The notes: generated by a model not told the origin, from the letters alone. Numbered from the stretch's first letter, positions 30,261 to 43,950 are shown. The stretch is 64,000 nt of DNA from Ascoidea asiatica JCM 7603 (GCA_001600695.1 BCKQ01000001.1:2423520-2487519), one strand, 5' to 3'. Program-made: numbers and translations.

Positions 30261-31783
30261 ATCTAAATTGCCTACAAAATTGAAAACAGATTAACCAATT
30301 CTTTTGTAGAACCAATTTTTTAAGTATTATTGACAAACAATACTTTAAAATTGAAATTTCTATTATAAATCTAATTATCTTTAAATTCTAAAAGGCGTAT
30401 TATACCATGGATTTATACTCTAACCCAAGAAGTCAATAGATTGTTGAAAAATATCTTGATAGAATACTTGAGGAAATTAAATTCTTTAACTAATGTTAAT
30501 CCATACTATCCTGAATAAAAATCACGAGATTTAACAAGAAACTGAAATTTGGTTTGCTCATATGAAATACTTCCGACTTGTTGAAGAGAATTAAATTTAA
30601 TTCGGCAACTCACTTACGAGCTGGAAATGCGCTAATTCCGTTCCAGCTCCACAGGGTTATTATTTCACAATAATAAGATATTCTACTAGGATTCCAAATC
30701 TTGCGGAATGTTTATGTTTTTGAACTTCTTTGAACTATTAACTTTTTTCTGAGGAAAATTGATTTGCATTAATGACATTAACTTTTAAACGCTAACTTTG
30801 TGAGAAAATGTTCTTGACGGAGACTGTGGTTACGAGTCATATGGAATTAATGGAAAAGTGTGGCTGTTGAAAAGCGTGTTGCATCTAATACGCCACTCAA
30901 ACGGTCTCTAACCGTCCAGCCGTTGCGGCGTCCAGTCATATCTGTTCCTGTTGTTTCTGCCACACTCAAAAATAACCACATTTGTCGACTACGTAAGAGT
31001 TTTGAAAAAATGAAACCAACAATTCTACAAGACCACTGTGTTCTAATGTAATTTTCTGTGCGGCTGTCTAGTTGTTTGAGTTGAAAATCTGAATTTATTG
31101 GTCTAGCTACGATTCTGGCTTCAACGTTGACGCTTAAAGATGATTTTGTGCTCGCAACCTTAAACATTAACCGCCCAAACTTGTAAGAAATGGTTTGAAC
31201 CATGGTTAAAAAGTTTCTTCCACTATCAGAACTTACTTGAAAACATCGCAAAAGCCCAGATCGTTGAAAGTTAGGACGCACAAAAAGCAGAGAGCTGCTG
31301 TATTTGTTAGTGCTCTGCCCCTCCTCACCGGGCGGGTTCTGACAAGCAACGCTACCGTTGGAAATTGCTGTGTAACAAAAACGAGGATATGAGTAAAACT
31401 TGCTTTCAGTGCTACTAATTAACAGGTTATAAATATATTTAGGTATTTGGTGTCACCAATACTAGTATGGCATGTACACTATTACAATATTGTAGTAGTT
31501 TAAGTGTTGTAAAAGCATTATTTTTCTTCACTGATTAACACCTGGAGGATCCCCCCTTTCTAAATTATTCACTGATTTTTATTAGTTTTACCCATTTACT
31601 ATTTTACCTATATAAAAGATTAGTATTCCTCCATCTTTCCTCATTTTTATCTATATATTTATCTTTATCTTTATTTTTTTTTATTTTAAGCTTTTGAATC
31701 TCAAATTACTTTTAACTTATTTTAATCTCTTTTTAATATCTCATAATATAATTTTTATTTATCAATTTATTAATTTATTGAAA

Positions 31784-33163
31784 ATGAATGAATCAATACC
31801 AAGAACAATTGTTGATAATCTTCAGATTGAAAATTCAAATAACTACATAGATAGTATTAATTATAGTAATCTCAATAATAATCTTGATAATTTAGATAGC
31901 CTTTACAATCTAAGTAATAATCCATTATCTTCATCAATATCTAATTCCTCTAGATTATCAATTTTAATAACTCCCACATTAGAGGAAATTTTATTAGAGC
32001 AAGCAACTTCTCCATATTCAAAATTTGAATTTGCAAATTTTTTAAAAAAAACTTTTTGCTATGAAAACTTACAATTTTTAATGGAATTACAAAATTTTAA
32101 TCATTTATTATTAAATAATAATCAGAATAATAAAATATATTTAAATTCAAAATGGTCTCAATTATGTAATGATTTCATAAAAGTAAATTCAGAAAAGGAA
32201 ATAAATTTAACTGGTAAAAGAAGGAATCAATTATTAAAGTTTTCTGAATCTAGTGAAAAATCTAATAAAATTTTAAATTCTGATTATTACAAAGTAAATG
32301 CTTGTGCTTATACAAAAACATCTGATATAATTTTACCTTCTTCTTCGACTATCAATGAAACAACTTCTGATGTAATTGATTTATTAAGAGATTCTTATCT
32401 TGGTTTTTTAACTTCTGTAAATAATAATGAAGATAATATAAATTACATAGATAACTCCAATGCGGATTATGATGATTATTCCTTTTATCCTAATTATAAT
32501 TCAAATCAAAATTCTAACTATAAGTCAAATGAAATTTTATCTTGGGATGCAAATTATTGTTTATCTGCTCAATATAATAATCATAATTCAAATAACACCA
32601 TTAATTTCAATAACTATTCAATGGATATCAATAATAATAATAAAAATCTCAAAAATAATAATATACTGCCTACTAATACCAACAATTGTTGTAATGATAA
32701 TGTTGATCCTTTAGAAAATATACCGGATTTAAAAATCCCTGCTCATATATTAAATAACTCAATTTCAACCTCAAATACAATCACAAATTCAAATACAATA
32801 TCCAATTTAAGCTCTCAATCAAATTCTCATTTTTCTAAATCTTCAAAACCAACAAAAACTTCTAAAAGTAATAGAGCTTCAATACTAAATCCAAATGGAA
32901 GAAGGGGTTCAAATTTTAAGCCTGAAGATTCCAAAAATTCAAATAAATCGAAATCTCAAATCATAACCTCAAAAATAATTCCTAAAAAACAAAGAAAATC
33001 AATAATTGATTCTTTCAAAAGTTCTTCTAAAGCTTCAAATTCTAATACTACAGATTTTGAAACAAATAATAAACGGTTATCAGCAAATGAGACTGAATCT
33101 TGGAGAGAAAAATTATTCCAAAAATGGAGAAAACCTTCGAGAAAGAGCTCAATTATTATTTAA
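31784..33163 (+). CDS. RGS2: RGS-domain protein, Rgs2-like
   Basis: PTLEEIL...SPYSKFEFANFLKKTFCYENLQFL...FIKVNSEKEINL is a fungal RGS domain. First ATG at 31784 (track start 31694 is TTG). TATA-like motif near 31610 and CCCCT (STRE) at 31318 and 31553. Confidence 0.72.
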   Translation: MNESIPRTIVDNLQIENSNNYIDSINYSNLNNNLDNLDSLYNLSNNPLSSSISNSSRLSILITPTLEEILLEQATSPYSKFEFANFLKKTFCYENLQFLMELQNFNHLLLNNNQNNKIYLNSKWSQLCNDFIKVNSEKEINLTGKRRNQLLKFSESSEKSNKILNSDYYKVNACAYTKTSDIILPSSSTINETTSDVIDLLRDSYLGFLTSVNNNEDNINYIDNSNADYDDYSFYPNYNSNQNSNYKSNEILSWDANYCLSAQYNNHNSNNTINFNNYSMDINNNNKNLKNNNILPTNTNNCCNDNVDPLENIPDLKIPAHILNNSISTSNTITNSNTISNLSSQSNSHFSKSSKPTKTSKSNRASILNPNGRRGSNFKPEDSKNSNKSKSQIITSKIIPKKQRKSIIDSFKSSSKASNSNTTDFETNNKRLSANETESWREKLFQKWRKPSRKSSIII

Positions 33164-34160
33164 TTACCTTTTTTATTTTGAAATCTATTACTCTAAAGCT
33201 TTTATAATATGCTTTATTATTTATCTGTACTATATATGATTTTTTAAAACTCGTCATTATTTTTATTTTCTTCATAATTTTATTATATAAAACTATATTT
33301 TACTAAGTTTTCTTATATTCTCTTACATTTTTATATTTTTTTTTCAATCTCTTAAAATTTTTTCAATATTTTACTGTACTTTAATTTTCAGTAATTTTTT
33401 TATTTTTTGTTCAATACTTCGCTAGTTTTACGTTTCAGTTATGATTAATAAGAGAATAATTTTTTTTTATTTCTAGCAACTCAATAAACAGGTTTTTTCT
33501 TTAGTAGAATATTGTTGTTAATTTAGCAATTCTTCCAACTATGATGATTAATATTCTTGTAAACAACTAGCTTTTCTAACAAATATTTTTTACTTACCCA
33601 TTCTTTGAGTGATTTTTTTTTTTCAAGAATGTAAATCTTAGTGCCGAGTCTAATAAAATAAAACCGTTTTTGAAATTAAATCCATTTTATGAAAATCGTG
33701 TTTTTAACGGTTATGTTGTGTACTAAATATAAAGTTATGTTAACTAACCTCAACATTATTCATTTCTACTTAAGCTTTCAGCGACCTTTTGTAAAGATAT
33801 GAAAGTTCAGTTAATTCAGAACTATTATAACTTTAAGGTTGACTTGCTAGCCTTCAAAATATTATGCATCCCTAAATAAGATACTAGCTTGATTAAGTAC
33901 GTTTTTTCATTGAAAAGATTAAATTTAGCCAACCAAAAATACAATAAAGTATTTTTTAATAATATTACATTATAAAAATAAACCCAAAAAAATATATGAA
34001 AAAGAAATAAAAATTTATCCTAACTAAAGTCGGAAAAAAAAAGATGAATATTAACCAAAAAAAATTAACAAAAATTTACAAAAATTTACAAAAAATGCTA
34101 CTAATTATGAATGTATCTTGAAAATTTCATGAGACAAAATACGATGAAACTTTCCAAATA

Positions 34161-37100
34161 TTATTGATCCCCGGAAGGAGAACTTTTAGCTTCTGACCAA
34201 TTAAATAAACTATTTTCAAAACTTATATTTAAATCATTATCGAAAAATACTTTCATATCATTTAAAAAATTGCCTGGATTATTTTCTTCATTATGGCTTT
34301 GCCTTTCATTATTCAAACGATCATTGCTTACCATATTTCTATCATTATAACTTTGATTGTTATTCCCAAGACTGTTATTATTACTATTATTAATATTGTT
34401 ATTATTTTGATTATTATTGCCTAGATGATCATTATTACTAACACCACTGAAATTTTGATTGAAATTAATCGGATTATTATCATTAATACTATTATTGTTA
34501 TTATTATTATTATTATTATTATTGCTAAGATTCTGAAAGTAGTGAATACTTTGATTTTTATTATTACCATTGAATGACCCTTGAGTATTTTGAGTGTTTG
34601 AATTTAAAAACTGCCCATTTCCTTTATTAAAAGAAAATCGATTCATATTATTCACATTTTTATTCATAACAGAAATATCATTGTTTGTACTTATACTATA
34701 TGATGTAGGTTTTGATTCCTTTTTTCGTATGGTACGAGAAACAGAGCCTCCAAACTGATTCAATTTTAAGTCATTGATATTATTTGAACCTTTTAAGGAA
34801 CTCATTCCATTATTGGGTTGTGAGTTTGAATATCTATTATTCATATTTTGAATAGAGTTCCGACTCTGATTAAAATTATGGTCAATAAGAGTATTACTTT
34901 GCGATTGATTTGAAATATTCTGATTATTAATAAAAGTGTTCCCATGATTATTTACTGTATTATAGCCTGTATTTTTGAACTCAATCCCGTTTAAAACCAA
35001 GTCCAATCCCAAGGAACCATCTGCTGCAAAATCCAATAACCCTAAGGAATTACTATCGGAAGAAAAACCAAAATCATTTTCATGATACATGTTTTGATTT
35101 GTGGAAGCATAAGCTGAAATCTGATTGTTCCCACCAAAATTATGGGCATATTTTTCATGAACAGTTTGTGATCCATTTTGCACTCTGGAAGGATGATTTC
35201 GAAGATCAGACAGATCGTTATTATTACTACCCGTATTTTCATATTTATTATTATTACTATCAAGATTGTTGTCTTCAAACATTGGAACTTCAAATGGATT
35301 GAATATATCATTTGCATAAACTTTTGAGTTTCGCGCTGAGCTGATTTGGTCAGCAACTAAATTTGGAGAAGCAACTTCCCTTAAACTTGATGGAGATAAT
35401 GAAGGAGCATTACTTGGTTGACCCTTATAAAATTGTTGTTGTGACAAGTTCTGTTGAACAGGATTCGAAGAAGGGGGTGATGAAAAACTTTGGGTTAGTC
35501 CTATATTTTGCATTTGAAATTTTTGGTTTTGTTGAGGTGAGGGTGGTGGATCCTGATGAAAATTTTGATTGTGAGAATTATTTTCTACTTGCCCTAACAG
35601 CCGGATTTGATGACTAGATTTTCCAAGCTCAGAATCAGTTTGAGGCTCTAAAGAAAGTTGTTTAGGTGGTACTGGAATCTGTGAATTAACAATAGATTGC
35701 ATTTGTTGACGATGCACAATAATGGGGGGTGGCATACTCAAACTAACATCTATAGCTTTACTTAAAGGAGATTTCTTTTTAACCGCTATTTTATTTCTGT
35801 TCTGTATGCTTCCAATCAAAGACTGAGTAGAGCTCGAAGTTGTGCCCTTAGGTGGTTGTAATATAGCTTGTGTAGCTTCATCTAAAAGATGAACAGAGCC
35901 TGTAGACAAACAACCTGGTAATCCAATTGTAGTTTCTCTTCTTAAATCATTAATAACCGTATTCAACAAATTTTTGCTTTCTTGGAATAGGTTTCCACCT
36001 CTGGCATATTCCAAAGCACCTTTTGCTCCCATTAAACTCAATCTTGCACGAACCCGAGATAAATTTATAGGAAGAGGAGGGAAATAATTCTTCTGCGTAC
36101 TCAAAAAGTTGGTAATACTTAAAATAGTGTTTGTTGATTGCTGAATAGTTATATATGCTGCTGAACCTCTTGAATTATATACTTCAGATGCCAAGTTTGG
36201 CAAGTATATCAACATTCTAGCTTGATAGTATAGAATAATCAATGTTAACACTTTTAAATTAAGATTTTGAAATTCGTTGTTTTTTAATAACCCATTAACA
36301 TCCAATTCAAATTTCAAAGTTTGAGGCAAATCTCTTCTCCAACTGTCCAATAAGTTTTCATGAATAAGACAAGTTCTTTCTAAAGCTCCAATTGCAATCC
36401 CCCCTCTTTTAAAAATGGTATCCACTATATTACCAAATATCTTAGAAAATCTCATAAAAGCCAATGCAAGATTACACACCTTTCCAACTAATGGTAGCTT
36501 ATTATTATTTATTATTAGAATATTGATATTGTTGTCATCATTTATGTTGTCATTTGAAAATGGTAATGCACATTCAATTTCATAATCTTTTAGCAACCGT
36601 GGAACACCAAGCTGGAGAGAAGCAAAAACATCTAAAGAGTAAATACACCAAAATAAAATTCTTCTTTCACTTTGAAGAAATTTTGATACCGTAGAGCCAT
36701 TTGTGGCAAGAACTGCAGATGGACATCTATGCAACCTTAATTGTTGAGCCATAGAAACTACTTTTCCTCTTAATAAATAAGCAGAATCTGTATCTCCTAC
36801 ATTTAAACAATACAATAAAGATAACGTAAGAATTTGGAGAGATTGAATAGAACACGACTTAACAATTGACGAGCTGATAAACTGATGAATTAAACTGTCA
36901 TAATATGCTAATAACTGGGAAGATGAATCTTTCTCATTTCCATTATTATAGGATGAGCTGTTAGATCCATTTTTTAAAAAGGATATAGATGAATCTGGGG
37001 TAAGGGTATTTGTTTCAATATCTGGATTATTCAAGTTAGTTATACCTGCATTTATAAACTTTAAAGTTGAAGACTTTTGAGAAGCTAAACTATTAGAATT

Positions 37101-38729
37101 ATTATTAGCATTTTCACCAGGTTTATTATTTGAATCATATTTTCCATTACTTCTTTTGCCAAGTGATACCAAAGTAATAACTAAAACTAAGATTGCGCCA
37201 AATTTTTCATCATGAAACATAGAATTATCATTGAATTTCATTTCCATTGATTTTATTAATCTTATATAATATTTCAAAAAATGATTTTGATCTATTATTG
37301 GCAAAAACATACCCCACTCTTGGAAATAAAAGGTAATTAACTGATCTAAATCAACTCTTTTTGGTAATTTTAAATTAGTAAAAAATAAATATGATTCAGA
37401 TTTTGAAATATTATTGAAATTGATATTTTTTATATTTATCGAATGATGATCATCTTCATTTTGTTTTGATAATAACTTCTTTGACTTGTAAGATTCTTTC
37501 AACGACGCTATTGATCTGGCAGTCAAAAAAGCAGGTTTTGAATTTAATCCATGGACATCTCCAATTTTTGCAATTAAAGAGGGTATTATTAATGTTTCTT
37601 CTGTAGATCTAGGAATAGATAAAGCAACAAGATTTGTTAAAAAATTTTTGGTATGATTTTTTTCACGAATAGCTAAAGCTGCATTGATTCCCGGAGCTTC
37701 AGATTGTTCAAAACTAATATCATGGAAATTAGGAGGATTATGCAGATGAGAATTATTCATTCTATTTGAAATATTATTATTATTGATATTACTGTTGCTA
37801 TTATTATTGAGATTATCGGAATTGAAGATATTGTAATTACTATTTGGATTATTATTAAAAGAATTATTGGAGAAGGATAATAAAGAATTATTATCATCAT
37901 CACTTAAATCCCCATTATCTATATCCACAGAACCTGCAATGGAAACAGGTCTTTCATGAACCGAATGAGGATAAGATGCACAACAATTACAACCTGAATG
38001 ATGAGGTTCATGATTATGTATGAAGCCTTTACTTATACTATCACAAGAAGGATTAGTTGTTTCTAGAAGTTTTAAATTTCTTGCATTTAATAGACTAGTA
38101 TTGGTTTCATCAATTTCTTCTTTTATTGTTGGGCTAATAGAATTATTATTATTTATCTGTATTTGATTATTTGAGTTATTTGAATTATTCGAAGTTAAAG
38201 TTTTATTATCATTATCCAAATTTATCTGAGATTTACAATCAAGAGAATTTGAATTTAAATTTGAATTTGAATTTGAATTTGAATTTGAAGTTGAAGTTGA
38301 ATTTGAATTTGAATTTGAAATTTTCATATTAATTTTAGCTTTCTCGTTCGAATCATCTGATATATTATTTGCATCTTTATTATTTGTTATTGAATTCAGA
38401 TCAGCTTTTGCTAAAAGTTCCATTTGCTCATCTCTTAAATCAAGTAAAGCTAATAGCTTTTTATTTTCAGCTTCTAATTCTCGTACTCTTTCTTCTAAAG
38501 TTTCTGTATAACCTCTTGGAAAAGCTCTCCTTGATAATCTATCACTTATTTTACATTCTAAACCTACAGTAGCACATTGTGAACATTGGGGTCTTTTCCC
38601 ATCACATCTTGTTTTTTTAGATCTACATCTGTCACAAGCCTGGGCCACTCTTTCAGTGTGAGAGCCAGGAGTTCTTATTACTTTACATTTTTGGAGTTTT
38701 TGAGTCTTTAGATTATTTGATTTCACCAT
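34161..38729 (-). CDS. CAT8: Zn(II)2Cys6 gluconeogenic regulator Cat8
   Basis: [26 protein letters not shown]...[29 protein letters not shown]; middle homology region [11 protein letters not shown]...[17 protein letters not shown]; AADGSLGL motif. Confidence 0.93.
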   Translation of the reverse strand: MVKSNNLKTQKLQKCKVIRTPGSHTERVAQACDRCRSKKTRCDGKRPQCSQCATVGLECKISDRLSRRAFPRGYTETLEERVRELEAENKKLLALLDLRDEQMELLAKADLNSITNNKDANNISDDSNEKAKINMKISNSNSNSTSTSNSNSNSNSNLNSNSLDCKSQINLDNDNKTLTSNNSNNSNNQIQINNNNSISPTIKEEIDETNTSLLNARNLKLLETTNPSCDSISKGFIHNHEPHHSGCNCCASYPHSVHERPVSIAGSVDIDNGDLSDDDNNSLLSFSNNSFNNNPNSNYNIFNSDNLNNNSNSNINNNNISNRMNNSHLHNPPNFHDISFEQSEAPGINAALAIREKNHTKNFLTNLVALSIPRSTEETLIIPSLIAKIGDVHGLNSKPAFLTARSIASLKESYKSKKLLSKQNEDDHHSINIKNINFNNISKSESYLFFTNLKLPKRVDLDQLITFYFQEWGMFLPIIDQNHFLKYYIRLIKSMEMKFNDNSMFHDEKFGAILVLVITLVSLGKRSNGKYDSNNKPGENANNNSNSLASQKSSTLKFINAGITNLNNPDIETNTLTPDSSISFLKNGSNSSSYNNGNEKDSSSQLLAYYDSLIHQFISSSIVKSCSIQSLQILTLSLLYCLNVGDTDSAYLLRGKVVSMAQQLRLHRCPSAVLATNGSTVSKFLQSERRILFWCIYSLDVFASLQLGVPRLLKDYEIECALPFSNDNINDDNNINILIINNNKLPLVGKVCNLALAFMRFSKIFGNIVDTIFKRGGIAIGALERTCLIHENLLDSWRRDLPQTLKFELDVNGLLKNNEFQNLNLKVLTLIILYYQARMLIYLPNLASEVYNSRGSAAYITIQQSTNTILSITNFLSTQKNYFPPLPINLSRVRARLSLMGAKGALEYARGGNLFQESKNLLNTVINDLRRETTIGLPGCLSTGSVHLLDEATQAILQPPKGTTSSSTQSLIGSIQNRNKIAVKKKSPLSKAIDVSLSMPPPIIVHRQQMQSIVNSQIPVPPKQLSLEPQTDSELGKSSHQIRLLGQVENNSHNQNFHQDPPPSPQQNQKFQMQNIGLTQSFSSPPSSNPVQQNLSQQQFYKGQPSNAPSLSPSSLREVASPNLVADQISSARNSKVYANDIFNPFEVPMFEDNNLDSNNNKYENTGSNNNDLSDLRNHPSRVQNGSQTVHEKYAHNFGGNNQISAYASTNQNMYHENDFGFSSDSNSLGLLDFAADGSLGLDLVLNGIEFKNTGYNTVNNHGNTFINNQNISNQSQSNTLIDHNFNQSRNSIQNMNNRYSNSQPNNGMSSLKGSNNINDLKLNQFGGSVSRTIRKKESKPTSYSISTNNDISVMNKNVNNMNRFSFNKGNGQFLNSNTQNTQGSFNGNNKNQSIHYFQNLSNNNNNNNNNNNSINDNNPINFNQNFSGVSNNDHLGNNNQNNNNINNSNNNSLGNNNQSYNDRNMVSNDRLNNERQSHNEENNPGNFLNDMKVFFDNDLNISFENSLFNWSEAKSSPSGDQ

Positions 38730-39608
38730 TATTGATTGTTTATTGATTATTGATTATTGTTTATTGTTTATTGATTGAACGAATGATTGAATAATCTATT
38801 CTATGGCGGTTTATGTGCGACAATATTAATAATACAAAACAGTGAATAAATTAAAAAGTGAATAAGTTGATAGTAAATTAATAAATGTAATTTATCAAAT
38901 TTAATAGTTGGAAAAATAAAGTAATAAGATGATATTTTGATTTATCAGAAAATAAAAGACTGAGCAGTATGTACTTTAGTGTAAAGTATAAGTCCTGTGA
39001 TTAAATAATTGTAGTGCAGTACTACTACAATAAGTATTATTGTAGCTTTAGGAGCCGGTAAGCTTGTTTTATTTTATTCTCTTTGGAAGATTTCTTCACC
39101 TTGTAATATTCTCTTCAAAAGCAACACAATTGGATTGAATTACGTACTACAAAGACACTGATAGTACTGGTAGTGTTGGTAGTGGGGGAATAGTGAATTT
39201 ATGGCTTTAAGTTCTGATTATTAAATGAATAAATAAAATAATAATTAACAAGAGGTATCAATTCAATGGATAGGAGTTATCAAGCACTTTGTAACTTACA
39301 GATTGGAACTAATTAAATTTATAAGAATATCAAGTTATCACTGGAGGATGTTGACAAATAAGATGAAGGGAACTGAAAGTAATTTTTTGGATGGTTACTA
39401 AATGAAAAACGTAGAACAGAAATCAAGATCAAATGACGGGCCTCGACACCAAAAAAAAAATGAAAAAACAACAGTTTACTAAAAAGATAAAGAAGCTGAA
39501 TCTGCTACTTTTGGAAACAGTTAAGCTGAAAAAGAGAGTGAGGGTGCAGCTCTACTTTTTCACAAAAAGCGAAGTCCTAAGTTGGTTGTGGCTAGAGAAT
39601 AACTCCAG

Positions 39609-40137
39609 CCAATAAAAAGCAAGAATCCTGAAGCCACTCCTGAGAATGACTCAGATTCTAGAGCCGAAATAGTCATCTACAATATTAAGACGGGTGACAT
39701 AGGTTGCTAGAGTACGCGACTAAATACATCAGGATACGCCCGGCTCGGCTCACTTAACATTTTTTTCCAGTTTCATTTCGTTTGCGTTAACACGTGATAT
39801 TTTAAAATTGTTTTTCAAAAAGTATTTTCAATTTCAGCCGCATAACTCGGACTTCATCATTAAGCTGCCATTCCCTGTTTTAACTGCTTTAATCTGCCTT
39901 CATATTCTTGGTGCTTTTATGGGTTGAACTTTTCCATAGTACTGTAGATCCCCATGAAAAAACCCTTTTTTCAACTTACACGTAACAAAAAATTCTCAAA
40001 AAAAGTTTTGCTTGTCACGCTTAAAAATCAATTTCAATCCCAAACTTTTAAGGGTATAACGAACATTTTGCGGGTGCAAACTCCCCCTAAACCTAAGGAG
40101 AGGTGATCATATTTTATAACAACACAAAGATTACCCG
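39609..40137. promoter_or_regulatory. CAT8 upstream regulatory island: CCAAT (39609), TGACTCA (39647), CACGTG (39791), Reb1-like TTACCCG (40131)
   Basis: Consensus matches within a GC-enriched island upstream of CAT8; function untested. Confidence 0.4.
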
Positions 40138-40464
40138 CCGAACAGTTTTTTCAGTAAGATAACAGGCTTTTGGTCCTTTACAATTTGTTAACTAACATGA
40201 AGTATCAAGAAAACGGAATAAAGATTAAAAAATAATACAATTTGATGCCAGAGGCCTATTATCAATTTATCAATACAATATATAACATTTTCAGTCTATT
40301 CTCTAACTTTTATTACAATTGGCTTTATTCTAATCTATTAAAGTTTCAAAGGATTTCACGTATAGCTTGAAAATAAATGAAAGGGGTATTATATCCTTAC
40401 CATTAGTTACATAATTGTTTTTTTTAAATGAAGAATCATACGAAAAATAACTACAACAATTCCA

Positions 40465-40964
40465 GCCTTTTTCTAAATCATCGTCAGCTTCTTTTGCAAT
40501 ATCTTCCATTTCTTCAATGTCGTCTCCATCTATTTCTGCCACTAGTTTATCTTCTATTTTTGGTAAATTCTCATCAGTTGATTTACGTGCAACATCTCGG
40601 AAACATGCTATAATTTTTCTAACAATCTTAGCAATAATTTCCATTGATTGATTCTCAGGTATACCTAATACCTCTGCAATTTCATGAACTTTTTTATTTT
40701 GAATCCAATTGATAATAAAATAGCCTTCTTAACACTTGACAAACTAATTTCTTTTGGCATTTGATCTCCAAAATATAATGGAGTCATACCTAAAATCATG
40801 TTAAATAGCATGATATTCTAGTACAATTTTATCTTTTTAAATCTTAAAAAGATGAGAGAAAACATTGCCCTAATTCATTTTTATTAAACTCATTTTATAA
40901 ATTCGTTTTCGTCTCCAAATTTACTACTTTGAATTATTTTTATTGCTATAATTGATGTTAATCG
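40465..40964 (-). pseudogene. KRE33: frameshifted 3' fragment of KRE33/NAT10 (RNA cytidine acetyltransferase, C-terminal tRNA-binding region)
   Basis: Stitched minus-strand translation ...F*DLKR*..LEYHAI*/MILGMTPLYFGDQMPKEISLSSVKKAILLSIG/QNKKVHEIAEVLGIPENQSMEIIAKIVRKIIACFRDVARKSTDENLPKIEDKLVAEIDGDDI matches the recalled yeast Kre33 FDLKRL..LDYHVI..LLYFGDKM..LSSVQSAILLAIGLQ.K.I..IA.EL.LP.NQ....AKI.RK....FR.....I.E.LP.I.D...AE.DG..I. Confidence 0.8.
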
Positions 40965-41738
40965 TGGTTGACTGAACTGAAATATTTACAGATTGGCATT
41001 ATTAACATTTTTCAAAGATTGAAATTGCTAGTCTTTACTTAGTAAAAGCTTTTATAATCTGAATTTTGATTTGAGCTGAATCATTATGTAAACTATCATT
41101 GAATTTTTAATTATTATTTATTGAGCAACTTTCTAAAGAATTATGGAGTCTGAAATGAAAAAAAAAAGTCTGGATTTAAATTATTTGGAAGTAAAAATAT
41201 TATTTTCTTTCAATTTTTGATTAAAATAATTTGAAAAGGTGAACTTTTTTTAAGAACTTTTGTTAGATTTAAGTTAAAAAGGGATTTTTCATGGAATCTA
41301 CAGTATACCCGATGAGTGTTAATTCCTTAAGAAACCTTTTTGAAGACGAGAGTCAAAAAAATGAGAAATAAATTCGTTAACATCATACTGTAAATAAAAT
41401 AATTTACATTCTTTCTCTTCTAATATAAGAATATGAATCATGAATTATTTAGTATAATGAAGCTATATATTTTGATAATAAAAGGAGGTTTAACAGTTTG
41501 ATATACTTAATAGTCTGAGCAAAAATGTAAAAAAAAACTTCAAAAAAAATCATAAAAAAAAAAATGAAACCTTATGTGAATATATTTTTCTTGTTAAAAA
41601 AAAGGAATATTGTGTTGAAATATAAAAAAATATAGAGAATATCGACAAATTAAGTATGAAAACATAAACATACATTTCATTCAACCATTTTCAAGTAAAC
41701 GAACTTATTAAACACTGTTTCAATTTAATCAATAGAAT

Positions 41739-43262
41739 TTATTTATGCTGATTTCCTTCTAATCCCATAATTCTTTTCAAATTCTCATATACTAAATAAC
41801 TTATACTTACTGCAGGACAAACTTTGGCCAAATTTGGTAATAATCCTTTGAACAATCCTGGGTATCCTTCTCTTTTGATTGTTTGTACAAATACATCTGA
41901 AAATCCAGTATATGTATAAGGATGTGCATATGTTCCTTGAGCTTGTAATCTAGTCCTTAATAAGTTTATAGGATAAACTATTGTTGCTCCAACTGTTCCA
42001 GAAAAAGCACCCATTGGTAATACTGTTAGATTACTTAGTTTGACATCTTCTTTCGCTATATCTAATCTTTTAGCTTCTCTTGCAATCATTAATTTTTTAA
42101 ATGTTGAAAATGTACCTAAATCGATTGCTGCATATGGAAAAATCCCCGTTACTCCTACAATTACACCACGATAAAATAATTTCAATCCTCCTTGAGCCCA
42201 CATTTCTTTAGCTGTAGCTGCTAATAATCCAAAACCTTTTAATTTAGTTTCCAATGATGCACATTGAACTCTATATTTCAATGTATCAATTGGATAAACA
42301 GTAAATTGAGAAACTACACCTCCAATACCACCGGCAAAATATGTTGAAATTCTAGATAAATCAGCTGTATCTTCAACTCCTTCTATAGTTGCAAAAAATC
42401 TTTTCGCTGCTTCAAATGATCCAAATTTCATTGCTGCTTCTGGAAAAACTTTAATTACATTCAATCCATTACCAACATAAAATGCCTTTATTCCTCCTTG
42501 TCTATATAATGTTGTAGCTGCTTTAACTAATGGAGATTTAATTTTATCAACTGGCGGATGATTTTTTTTAGTTCTTGCAATTTCTTCTTTAGGATGCATT
42601 ATTATAGATGTTAAATCTGTTCTTGCAATCAAAAAAACTTTAAGTCTATCAAATGGAGCTGTACATGTTCTTGAAATAACCCCTGCAGTCCCTCCTGCCA
42701 AAAAAAATCCAAAACCTCTTAAAAAATCATTAATTAATGTCATATCTCCTTCTGATGATAAATCTATATCTTCATTAAAAAATTCAAATGCAGTTTTTAA
42801 TCTGGATCCATAATTTCTTGGCATGAATAATAAAAAATCTCTCCACTCATTATATGTTATAAATCCATCATTAGTTTTATCTAATTTTTTATAAAATTGT
42901 TCTACAACTTCTTCTTTTGCAGAAATATTCAATGTTTCATTTAAATAAACTTGAATATCTTTCTTCAATAATTTACCATCATGATCTTTATCCATTTTCA
43001 GAAATGCGGTAGAAATTTGACTTTCTGCATTTATTATATAATTTTTGAATTCATTATAATCAATCAAATTATCATGCTTTTTATCTATTGAATTAAAAAT
43101 AACTTTAATATTTTTTGTAGAATTTCTTAATGGATGATTAGATAAATCAAACGCCTTTTTGAAAGACTCAAAATTAATCCTTCCATTTCTATTTATATCG
43201 ATTTCCTGAAATAACTCTTTAAGTCGTAATTCTTGATTATCCTTTGATTCATTTTTAATCAT
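41739..43262 (-). CDS. SAL1: Ca2+-binding mitochondrial ATP-Mg/Pi carrier Sal1
   Basis: N-terminal EF-hands (DINRNGRIN, DKDHDGKL, DKTNDGFITYNEWRDFL) plus three carrier repeats (PFDRLK, PIDTLK, PINLLRTRLQAQGTYAHP). Confidence 0.95.
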   Translation of the reverse strand: MIKNESKDNQELRLKELFQEIDINRNGRINFESFKKAFDLSNHPLRNSTKNIKVIFNSIDKKHDNLIDYNEFKNYIINAESQISTAFLKMDKDHDGKLLKKDIQVYLNETLNISAKEEVVEQFYKKLDKTNDGFITYNEWRDFLLFMPRNYGSRLKTAFEFFNEDIDLSSEGDMTLINDFLRGFGFFLAGGTAGVISRTCTAPFDRLKVFLIARTDLTSIIMHPKEEIARTKKNHPPVDKIKSPLVKAATTLYRQGGIKAFYVGNGLNVIKVFPEAAMKFGSFEAAKRFFATIEGVEDTADLSRISTYFAGGIGGVVSQFTVYPIDTLKYRVQCASLETKLKGFGLLAATAKEMWAQGGLKLFYRGVIVGVTGIFPYAAIDLGTFSTFKKLMIAREAKRLDIAKEDVKLSNLTVLPMGAFSGTVGATIVYPINLLRTRLQAQGTYAHPYTYTGFSDVFVQTIKREGYPGLFKGLLPNLAKVCPAVSISYLVYENLKRIMGLEGNQHK

Positions 43263-43950
43263 CTTTGAAACCTACAGATTTAACAAGCAATTACAAAAGT
43301 TCAGTCCAATTTTTGATTCAAGTAAATATTAGAGACTTTGAAAGCACTACTGGATAGTTAATTAATATGAACGAAACTTGAAGTATATATAATGTAGAAT
43401 CAACATCTCTATTGCTTCTTTTAATTCAATTTCCAATTCATTTTATTTGTAAAGCAAATAGTTTTAGAAAAATCAAATCTAATAGTAAGTAAATTATCAG
43501 AAAGAATTGCATGCCAACGATGAATAGCCAAACAGACCATTTTCAATATTTAACGTTACCTTAGGAGAATATCAACGAAAACCATTGGGCGGATCCGTAC
43601 TAAGAGAGTTTGAGGTTACCCTTCAAAAATAACTTGCCGGATCAGAATTTCTTATGCTTTGGATTTTTAAAGATCCAAAAATAAGTTTAAAGGGTTCTGG
43701 GTTTCACCTTATGAAACAATAATATTTTATAACATAGATCTGGAACCAAAAGTTAATTTTCTTAACTTTAAATTACATTGCTGAAAAATATATGAAAAGT
43801 TATAGATAAGAAGGTTTGAATATTGAATATTAATGTAATGTTTAAATGAAATAAAATTTTTATAATAAAAAAAATTCAGGACTATAAAACTAAATAAAAA
43901 AACAATCTTAGCGAAAATTATTGGACCTAAAAAAACTAAAAGCTCAAACT

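Noticed and set aside
30402-30518. Peptide IPWIYTLTQEVNRLLKNILIEYLRKL resembling an integrase C-terminal helix
   Set aside because: Too short, with no DDE residues, LTRs or other retroelement domains nearby.
30847-31281. 144-aa ORF and other short ORFs in GC-rich intergenic islands (805-1108, 5834-6073, 12580-12828, 60109-60565)
   Set aside because: Expected by chance where GC is higher; codon usage is unlike real genes here, and several start at non-ATG codons.
33328-33338. ARS consensus matches (TTTTATATTTT)
   Set aside because: Such matches are ubiquitous at this AT content and are not informative.
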